Below are positions 1-9,102 of a DNA stretch of 64,000 bases, in pieces (positions within the stretch are counted from its first letter, which is position 1; every line of letters starts with the position of its first letter). The notes beneath the pieces are model-generated. The model saw nothing but the letters and a program-made list of their open reading frames with translations, did not search any database and was not told the origin of the DNA. The translations under genes were made by a program, and so were the position numbers. The stretch lies in the NCBI GenBank assembly GCA_035221665.1, contig CM069142.1, positions 60,574,001 to 60,638,000 of the forward strand, given 5' to 3'. Source of the stretch: Okamejei kenojei (lineage: Eukaryota).

Positions 1-436
1 CAAACTTTTGGCTATGAGAAAAAACGGAGTTTAAAAGTTAAAAAGAAAAGAAAAAACTCCAGATGGAAAAACTCCAGTGGGGAGGATAAAATATAAAAGT
101 CAGAGAGGCCATGATTTAAAAAGTTCCAATAAAAAGGCCTCCAGACAAAAAAAGCTTTATGGCTTAAAATTAATGGAGAAAGACTTCAAAAATAAAAATT
201 CAAATAAAGGGTTTAAAAAGGCCCAGAATATTCCCAAAAAACAAACCCTGAGGGATTTCCATATATTAATATATATGGTGGAATTTATCAATGTGGGAAT
301 ATCTACCTCGGATTGTTTTGGAGGTAGTCTCCTTGAGGAACAACTCAGGAGTAACCAGGGCAGTAAAATAATATGAAAAAACTGACCCTAAAGGTGCATT
401 GATAGTGGTGGCTGGTCATAAAGTACCCACCACAGC

Positions 437-485
<49 letters not shown>

Positions 486-3400
486 CTAGGTACGATACCT
501 GAATGAAGGAGTGAGGCCATGGAAAATGACCATGGAAACCAAAATTAATTGCTCTCTCACCAAAGCTGTAATGGCGGAAACAGCAGAGTTATTGATAAAA
601 CTTTTATGTTTTATTAAGGTATTAACGGTGAAACCGATTATGGTACCCAAGCCTCAATTATATGGAGACATAAGGAAATACGATTTCAAAGTATTTCAAG
701 CTGGTGCGTGGCATCACTACTTATGAAAAACAAATAAAACATTGTGCAAATAACCAAAACAATTAAGATAAAAAGACAAAATGCCATTAGTTTGTAGAGC
801 TCAATGTGAGATGTTATTGGGACCAATTTTGCACTTTAGATTTGCAGGTCAAAACAGATCAAGTTATGTTAAACTTTTGATTATTATGGAGTAAACCTGC
901 CTCAGGATAAATCAAAGACATTGATTACAAAGGATAGACTATTGGTCATTAAACTTTGGAAAAATTATGAACCAATGTAAGATTTGATAATGGATCAAAA
1001 CAAAGGCAGGAGTATGATAAATAAATATTTATCCAACACAGCCTTATGTGAGCCCATATGATTGGGAAGAGAAGGCTTCATGTACATTTGAAGAGTTGCG
1101 AAAACTTGTTACAGAAGAAGTTGATGAAATCTCCAATTGTGGGAGATTACAGGTGTGTTATGATCAATGATATGGCATAACAAAGGTGTGATTTATTTTA
1201 ATATGTAAAGTATCTACAAAAAAATTGTAGAAGGAATTGGTTCACCTGTATAGGAAAACCTAAAAATTGGTTTTAGGTTTGCACCCAAAATATCTCCAAT
1301 AAAGAAGAGGTATGTAAATTTGTATCATAAATTTCCCCAGGGAAAAAGAAGATGTGGTGGTAAAGCCATACAAGACATCATTTTAAATACACTTTTATAG
1401 TGTAAAAACATTTTATTAAAATGGACATCTTCAACATTGGAAAATAGTTGTTATTACCAAATTGTTAATCATTACTATAAGACTCGAAGGATTGGTATTT
1501 AGTACCAATTTATTATCATATTTACAGGTGCTTGAAATTAGAATGGGTCAGCTGTGCAAGTTAAGACATTGTCTAATGGATTAAACTCAGTTCTAGGCTG
1601 TTCACATAATTACTGGAACAACAATTGCAATGATAAGAAGATCAGCACTTGCACTAATGAGGACATGGTCATGGTTTATCTTGATCACATTTTAATTGGA
1701 AGGTTGATCAGGAGTCAGCTGCAAATTAGTGCAGCAATTACAAGCCTGTTGAGAGGCGAGGGTCCTGACCCATCCAATAAAACCTATGTTTTAGGCATTC
1801 ATAAACATTCCTAAATTACTATTCTGGATTTAGGAGTAATTCAGCACCGTATGAGGGGGAAAAATGTTTTCCGAGATACAAATATTTCTCATTGCTTTGC
1901 TTCTTATCAAGTTAATATTTGATACGTCCCTTGTTTGGGACTACGGACAATAACACCAGGTAATTGCAAATGGATTGTCCTAAGAAATTTCTCCAAACAT
2001 TTGTATTAATTATTGGAGTATCAGGAGTTTTTATGGATTAAATGCCTATTGTTCTATTATGAAAGTGTGCATGTCATATCAGGTGAACAATACCACGGCT
2101 GTGGCATATATCAATCACATGAGACAAGTAAGATCATTATAAAGTGATTATCTGGGTAACCAGATGTGGCGTATTCTAAAAATGTTTTAGTCCAGCTGTT
2201 TATCTCTAAGGAAAAGACAATGTTGTCGCAGACAACAAATCAATGGAAAAACATTGTCAGTAATATGGATTAATTACCATTAATCTGGTTGTATCCAGAT
2301 TAAATCACCGATCTCTCAAATGTTCTGGTGGGAAAACCGAGAACAGGAGCGGTGGATGCATTTCGCTAAATTACGTGAGGAAAGATGTTCTTTTATGTTC
2401 CTCATTTTTGTCTGATAGGGCAGTGTCTGATGAAAATGTAGCGGGACGCTGGCAGGGGCGCTTTGGTGGCCCAAACCGGACCTTCATGGTTCTCATTAAT
2501 GTTGAGACTGATGTTGAACCAGTTATGATGACTCATAGTTGCAGTAATTTATTGTTGTACAAATTCATCCAGGGCATGAAGATATGAATTTGGCTATCTG
2601 CAGGTTTGACCAGACCATTATAACAGTTTGACGGTCAAAGAGGTCTATGAATGTTTTAACTAATATAACAATATAACAATTATGTACAAAAGGAATGTTA
2701 TATCTGCAATTTGGAGAAATAGTTTAAAAAACAATATTTTGTTTATAAGAAATTGGAAGTCTTTTGCAGACAGTAAAAGTTATTTTATCATATTAGATAT
2801 ATGGGAGTTCCTTGTGGATTGCATTTTTTCTCAGCATCTAAGTGATAGAGCCAATAATAGAGCTCATAGTGTTTATCGTCCAATTAGGACAAATTGCTGA
2901 CCAAGAATTTATCTGGCTCATTCGTAATATCCCGATATGAAAAAGAGATATATATATATATAATCTGTCCAAAGTTGAAATACAGGAGTTGGGAGATCAG
3001 CATAGTCCTGACTTGCCTTAGGCAATGGACTCCAATTCTATCAATGATTCAAAAAATTAACATTGAAAGTAATAATGCTCATGACTTTAGTATCAGCATA
3101 AGAGTGCAAACATTGCAAATATTACGTTATATAATTGCATGTGGCTACAGATTACATTATCTTATATGTTTATGAATTTACCAAACAAAGCAGATCAAGA
3201 AGAGCTGGTAAACTTTAAGCATATCCTGTCGGCCAAAAATTGTGTGTGGGCCAACATTGACTCAATTTGTTAAAGTAGGTAAGAGTCTCTGTGGTGGTGA
3301 GACAGCACTACGTATTACACACAAAAACCACATTAAGTATCAGTAAAAACTGATGGTTCTAGATAATTATATTCTAGATGGTTAAAACATGTTTAACACT

Positions 3401-4163
3401 CAGTGGAACTAGGCATTGAGATGTGGAAAATCACTTCATTAAGGAGGTAGATACATTCACAGGAATGGCACAGGATGGGCCGCTCGAGCAAAGATTCAAG
3501 CCCGCAGGAGGGTGTAAAATAAATATTAAAGTTACAAGGAACCAGTCATGGTGTCAGGATTGGACATGGAGTGTTGGGTTCTCTGTAATTGTTGCTTTGT
3601 TTATACTATCAAATTATATTATCAAATGATATTTTGGTGATAAATTTGCTTTTCAATGGAAAGGGCATTACTTTCATTCTTTTATAATGGGGAAAAAATT
3701 GATCACATAAACTGAGGCAATGTTTGGGAAAAAATGTGTTATTTGCTCATTACTGTGTTGATTGAGCCAGATTGTCGTATGGAATGAGTCTACGACATAA
3801 AAAACACAGAAGCTACAAAATCTTCACGTAGTCACTCACGTGACTCCGAAGTAAAATAGTAAGATTAAACGAGAACTTACCAGTTCGAAGTTTGATCGTT
3901 ATTTTATGAGGAGTAACGATGAGGGATTCCGTGCCCTCCACTCCCGACCCTCATAAAATAAATGATCATCTGGTAGTTCTAAATCTATGTTGAGCCTTAC
4001 TATCTTACTCCGGCTATTATGTTCTGTGTTTCTCATGCCACTGCTTTGAAGTATGCCGATCAAGCGCCAGGCGGGGCTTCTTCACGTAATCCCTCATCGT
4101 TACTCCTCATAAAATAACGATCAAACTTCGAACTGGTAAATTCTCGTTTAATCTTACTATTTT
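1..4163 (+). mobile_element. DIRS1-type tyrosine-recombinase retrotransposon, coding-decayed; left end lies outside the window
   Basis: Collinear motif remnants: RT ('VKTLSNGLNS', 'VMVYLDHILI' ~1554-1700, YLDD-like); RNase H ('QVNNTTAVAYINHM' ~2080-2121, 'GKDNVVAD' ~2210); MT-like 'AVDAF' ~2350; YR ('LKVIMLMTLVSA..RVQTL' ~3063-3115, 'KQSR', 'YP..QKLCV'). An 82-bp inverted pair (3852-3933 / 4083-4164) matches the ICR/right-end architecture. The element ends in ...TATTT. Confidence 0.8.
441..475. repeat. (AT)n microsatellite
   Basis: Perfect AT dinucleotide run. Confidence 0.95.
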
Positions 4164-4164
4164 A
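3852..4164. repeat. 82-bp inverted repeat (DIRS internal complementary region versus right terminus)
   Basis: The reverse complement of 3852-3933 matches 4083-4164 with 2 mismatches. Confidence 0.9.
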
Positions 4165-5655
4165 TTGGGATTTTATGTGATAGACCAACACAAAGTGGTG
4201 CATAATTGTGAAGTGGAAGGAAAATGATACATGGTTTCCACATTTTATTACAAATAAAAAAACTGAAAAGTGTTCAGCCCCCCGAGTCAATACTTTGTAG
4301 AACCACCTTTCGCTGCAATTACAGCTGCAAGTCTTTTGGGGTATGTCTCTACCAGTTTTGCACATCTAGAGACTGAAATTTTTGCCCATTCTTGAGTAGA
4401 AGCTCAGTCAGATTGGATGGAGAGCGTCTGTGAACAGCAATTTTCAAGTATTGCCAGAGATTCTCAATTGGATTTAGGTCTGGACTTTGACTGGGCCATT
4501 CTAACACATGAATATGCTTTGATCTAAACCATTCCATTGTAGCTCTGGCTGTATGTTTAGGGTCGTTGTCCTTCTGGAAGGTGAACCTCCGCCCCAGTCT
4601 CAAGTCTTTTACACACTCTACCAGGTTTTCTTCCAAGATTGCTCTGTATTTGGCTCCATCCATCTTCCCATCAACTCTGACCAGCTTCCCTGTCCCTGCT
4701 GAAGAAAAGCATCCCCACAGCATGATGCTGCCACCACCATGTTTCACAGTGGGGATGGTGTGTTCAGGGTGATGTGCAGTGTTAGTTTTCCGCCACACAT
4801 AGCGTTTTGCATTTAGGCCAAAAACTTCAATTTTGGTCTCATCAGACCAGAGCACCGTCCTCCACATGTTTGCTGTCCCCCCCACATGGCTTGCGGCAAA
4901 CTGCAAACGGGACTTCTTATGGCTTTGTTTCAACAATGGCTTTCTTCTTGCTACTCTTCCATAAAGGCCCGATTTGTGGAGTGCACGCCAAATAGTTGTC
5001 CTGAGCTGTGGATCTCTGCAGCTCCTCCAGAGTTACCATGGGCCTCTTGGCTGTTTCTCTGATCAATGCTCTCCTTGCCCGGCCTGTCAGTTTAGGTGGA
5101 CGGCCATGTCTTGGTAGGTTTGCAGTTGTGCCATACTCTTTCCATTTTCGGATGATGGATTGAACAGTGCTCCATGAGATGTTCAAAGCTTGGGATATTT
5201 TTTTATAACCTAACCCTTTTAAACTTCTCCACAACTTTATCCCTGACCTGTCTGATGTGTTCCTTGGGCTTCATGATGCTGTTTGTTCACTAATGTTCTC
5301 TAACAAACCTCTGAGGCCTTCACAGAACACTGTATTTATACTGAGATTAGATTATACACAAGTGGACTCTATTTACTAATTAGGTGACTTCTGAAGGCAA
5401 TTGGTTGCACTGGATTTCATTTAGGGGTATCAGAGTAAAGGGGGCTGAATACTTTTGCACGCCACACTTTTCAGTTTTTTATTTGTAAACAAAATTTGAA
5501 AACCATGTATCATTTTCCTTCCACTTTACAATTATGCGCCACTTTGTGTCGGTCTATCACATAAAATCCCAATAAAATACATTTACGTTTGTGGTTGTAA
5601 CGTGACAAAATGCGGAAGAGTTCAAGGGGTATGAAAACCTTTGCAAGCCACTGTA
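4164..5655 (-). mobile_element. Tc1/mariner DNA transposon (IR/DR type); left TIR interrupted by the DIRS element
   Basis: Right TIR ~5440-5653 ends CACTG|TA. Its reverse complement matches 4164-4272, but the outer ~75 bp are missing on that side. Transposase lies inside. Confidence 0.92.
4287..5274 (-). pseudogene. Tc1 transposase (DD34E), frameshifted
   Basis: ATG at 5274 gives MKPKEHIRQVRDKVVEKF. Paired-like HTH 'LGYKKISQALNI..GRPPKL' and catalytic motifs [26 protein letters not shown] are present. C-terminus KGGSTKY* ends at 4287. Split over ORFs 4917-5234 and 4349-4936. Confidence 0.92.
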
Positions 5656-5715
5656 TGTAAACAGTAAGAACCTCTGTTCCCTGGGTAGAAATGTCAAAGG
5701 CTAGAGGGAACAGCT

Positions 5716-6072
5716 TTAGTTTAGTTTAGTTTACTGTCACATGTGCCGAGGTACAGTGAAAAACTTTTTGTCACGTGTTAACCAGTCAACTTGAGTAAAC
5801 TCGCGCAGAGCCAAGATAGTGCCCAACCCAGCGACTATTTGTGTGCTAGATACAGAAGCAAATGTACAAACTCACATTACAGTCGTTCCACACTCTTAAA
5901 TCTGTATTCCTACAGCAGCAATTCCTACTTCATTCCCTTATCCTTTATCTGTACACTCCAAATGGAGTGATTGTAATCATGTATTGTCCTTCGGCTGACT
6001 GGGGGTGAGCACGCAACAAAAAGCTTTTCACTGTACCTCGGTACACGTGACAATAAACTAAACTGAACTGAA
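5716..6072. mobile_element. Two Rex1/Babar-like LINE 3' tails in opposite orientation
   Basis: 5716-5790 (TTTAG repeats, GAGGTACAGTGAAAAA) is the reverse complement of ~5995-6072 (TTTTCACTGTACCTCGG...AATAAACTAAACTGAACTG). Confidence 0.55.
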
Positions 6073-6235
6073 CCGTCTTTGGGATGTGGATGGAGACTGG
6101 AGCACCCGGAATAAACCCACGCTGTCACAGGGAGAACGTGCAAACTCCACGCAGATAGCGCCGGAGGTCAGGATCGAACCCGGGTCTCTGGCATGGTGAG
6201 GCGGCAGCTCTACCGATGGCCCAATGTGCCACCCT
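6073..6235 (-). mobile_element. HE1-like tRNA-derived V-SINE (5' part)
   Basis: tRNA-like head with B box GGTTCGATCC and central V-domain on the minus strand. Confidence 0.8.
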
Positions 6236-6355
6236 TAATGAGAGGAAGGAGGAGTATAGATGCTGGCCACTGATAAAGGAACAACGAAAGCCAGATTTGA
6301 AGCAAAACAGACCTTCACGTGTTATGTTGTTGCAAGGGGCTACAGAGAAAGGCAT

Positions 6356-6496
6356 CTTCTTCTTCTTCCGTATGGCGTGCACAGCCTAAAGTTGTAGGAC
6401 AACTTGTTCTATTTGATTTTATTTGATTCTGCACACCAGATTGATTGCATTCGTCGAAACAGGGTGGACCACATGAAGGTTACAATCTCCCACCCC
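6356..6496 (-). mobile_element. 141-bp non-autonomous retroelement with a 5' HDV-like ribozyme and (GAA)n tail (SIDE/Vingi-derived-like)
   Basis: Flanked by a 12-bp direct repeat AGAGAAAGGCAT (6344-6355, 6497-6508). The 3' end reads GCCATACG-GAAGAAGAAGAAG. The 5' 54 nt fold as an HDV-like ribozyme. Confidence 0.85.
6443..6496 (-). ncRNA. Minimal HDV-like self-cleaving ribozyme
   Basis: GGGGUGG(P1)-GA-GAUUGUA(P2)-ACC(P3)-UUCAUGU(L3)-GGU(P3')-CCACCCU(P1', G1-U wobble)-G-UUUCGA(mini P4)-CGAA(J4/2 with catalytic C)-UGCAAUC(P2'). All helices pair. Confidence 0.8.
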
Positions 6497-7019
6497 AGAG
6501 AAAGGCATGATGAAGTGATAGTGCCATTGTGCATGAATACATGGGCAAGGCAACCAGATTGGCACATGAAAGGTCTGCCCTGTGGCGTTTCAATATTTTC
6601 TCTCTAACCCGTTCAGATTCCTATCCTCAGATAAACTAATGCACCTTTTTAATAGACGCAAAAAGCTGGAGTAACTCAGGGGTTCAAGCAGCATCTCCGG
6701 AAAGAAGGAATAGGTGATGTTTCGGGTCAAGACCCTTCTTATTTGGCTTCATGCGTTTGGGTAAATTACTGAGAGTTATTCCATGTGCCAGGAAAATGAT
6801 ATTCCTATTCCATCCATATAAAAATTAAATTATAACTTAATAAGCAGAAGTTGTTTCAATTAATACTGTGGGCCTTGAAACACTTCACAAAATGAATTGC
6901 AATTTGAAGTGCGGAGACAATTACATGGGAAATGTGGGCACCGTTCCCACCAAAGGCAAAGAGATGAACTGGCCAAATTTGCCAATGTGTTGGAAGGAAC
7001 TGCAGATGTTGGTTTAAAC

Positions 7020-7614
7020 CAGAGGTCGGAAACCGACGGCCCCCGGGCCGAATGCGGCCCGTAACCCGAAATCATCCGGCCCGCAGGTGGTTTTTTTTCT
7101 TCTGCAGTCATCCGGCCCTCCTTCATCTCTGGTACCTCCCGGGCCTGAGGCACCCAGGCGCGGTGACGCAAGGACGAAAGGAGGCCTGCGCTGGCGGTCG
7201 CAATTGCGGAGCCGGCGAGCGCCTGAGCGGGGCCAAGCACGGAGCTCTGGCTGTACCACATCCTGCGCAAAGCCGCCGGCACGGCCGCGCACCTCCTGTG
7301 TCTGGGCTTCACTGTCGGGATCGGGGTTGTCAATAGGCCGGTGACGAGTGAGTGTAAGTATTTGAGCCACTGCCTTCAGGACAGAGCCAAGGCAATGGAC
7401 CATAGGTACGCAATGTTTGTGAGCGCCCGTAACTAGAGGCCAGTATTGCGGGTGCCGTCCGCGAAGGGACGGGATGTATGTGAACACGTGATTTGATGCC
7501 TGCCATCCGGGGCGGGATGGGGCGGGATCTATGTGTACATGTGGTAGATGTGGCCCGCCATCCGCTCACAGACATGCCACCCGCCCCTATGCAGAACAAG
7601 GTTGCCGACCCCTG
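7020..7614. mobile_element. hAT-Charlie-like non-autonomous DNA transposon, GC/CpG-rich
   Basis: TIRs CAGAGGTCGGAAACC / GGTTGCCGACCCCTG; 8-bp TSD GTTTAAAC / GTTTGAAC; subterminal GGCCCG motifs. It splits a Penelope-derived repeat (6994-7019 + 7615-7722). Confidence 0.85.
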
Positions 7615-8137
7615 GTTTGAACTGAAGATAGACACAAAAAGCTGGAGTAACTCACCGGGTCAGACAGCATCTCTGGAGAAGAGGAATAGGTAACGTTTCG
7701 GGTTGAGACCCTTCTTCAGACCCTGACCTTAACCCTGACACCAACCCTGTCAATGCTCTCTATTGTCCAGCCACAATTAGTGCTACATTGAGAATGCAGT
7801 TAAAACCCCATCATATTTGTGAACAGTCATTTATAGCCAAACCAGGAAAGGATAGTTTCTTTCCTTCAGAGGCCCACAGGAGCCGTTGGAAGAGAAGGAG
7901 GGGGATGAGCGACACCCGACCGGTAAGGTTTAAAATCCAGTGCGGGGCTTGTTTTTTCAGAGGCCCACAGGAGCCGTTGCCGAAATCCATAACATTCCAT
8001 TTGGAGAAGTGGGTTTTTTTTTGAGGAAGCCGCTGATTGGTGGGAAGTGGACCAGGGTAAGCAGCTGATTGGCAGTCAGATCCCAGCAGTTTGTTGTGTA
8101 CTTTATATTGTATCCTGTGTAAGGGGGGCAGTATGAA

Positions 8138-9055
8138 GTGTCCTGTTCTGGATGTCAGATGTGGGAGGTCAGGGAATCTGATAGCCCTCCAGACATCCAC
8201 ATCTGCGCCAGGTGTGTTGAGATGGGGCTCCTAAAGGACTGTGTTAGGAACCTGGAGCAGCAGCTCGATGACCTCCGTCTGGTCAGGGAGAGTGAGGACG
8301 TCATAGAGAGGAGCTACAGGGAGGTAGTCACTCCCAAACCACAGGAGGCAGACAAGTGGGTCACAGTTAGGAAGGGCAAGGGGCAGAGGCAGGGGCTAGA
8401 GAGTACCCCTGTGACCGTACACCTGGAAAATAGGTACTCGGGTTTGAGTACGATTGGAGGGGACAGCCTAGCTGGGGGCAGCAACAGCGGCCGGGCCTCC
8501 GGCACAGAGACCGGCCCTGATGCTCAGAAGGGTAACAAAAAGAGGAGGGCAATTGTAATAGGGGACTCTATAGTTAGGGGGTCGGATAGGCGATTCTGTA
8601 GACGCAGTCGGGAGACCCGGATGGTAGTTTCCCTCCCTGGTTCCAGGGTCTCGCATGTGTCAGAACGTGTCCAAAAGATTCTGATAAGGGAGGGAGAGGA
8701 GCCTGATGTTGTGGTACACATAGGTACCAATGACATAGGCAGAAAAAGTGACGAGGTCCTGAAGGGAGAATTTAGGGAGTTGGGGGGAAAGTTAAGGAGA
8801 AGGACCAAAAGGGTAACAATTTCAGGATTATTGCCTGTGCCGCGTGACAGTGATAGTAGGAATGAAATGAGGTGGAGGATAAATGCGTGGCTGAGGGACT
8901 GGTGCAGTGGGCAGGGATTCAAGTTTCTTGATCACTGGGACCTCTTTTGGGGAAGGCATGATCAGTACACAAAGGACGGGTTGCACTTGAGCCCGAGGGG
9001 GACCAATATCCTGGCAGGAAGATTTGCAAAGGCTACTGGGGAGACTTTAAACTAG
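8138..9055 (+). CDS. CR1 ORF1: zinc finger/leucine zipper + SGNH esterase domain
   Basis: CxxC..CxxC followed by a coiled-coil, then GDS, HIGTND and DGLH esterase motifs. The upstream ATG at 8133 is out of frame, suggesting a small deletion at the start. Confidence 0.88.
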   Translation: MSCSGCQMWEVRESDSPPDIHICARCVEMGLLKDCVRNLEQQLDDLRLVRESEDVIERSYREVVTPKPQEADKWVTVRKGKGQRQGLESTPVTVHLENRYSGLSTIGGDSLAGGSNSGRASGTETGPDAQKGNKKRRAIVIGDSIVRGSDRRFCRRSRETRMVVSLPGSRVSHVSERVQKILIREGEEPDVVVHIGTNDIGRKSDEVLKGEFRELGGKLRRRTKRVTISGLLPVPRDSDSRNEMRWRINAWLRDWCSGQGFKFLDHWDLFWGRHDQYTKDGLHLSPRGTNILAGRFAKATGETLN

Positions 9056-9102
9056 AAAGGCTGGGGGGAGGGACTCGGGTAGAGGGGGCTAGGGGTCAGA
9101 GT

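Noticed and set aside
6860-7693. Overlapping 85-157 aa ORFs on both strands
   Set aside because: They are a by-product of the GC-rich Charlie MITE and show no recognisable domain.
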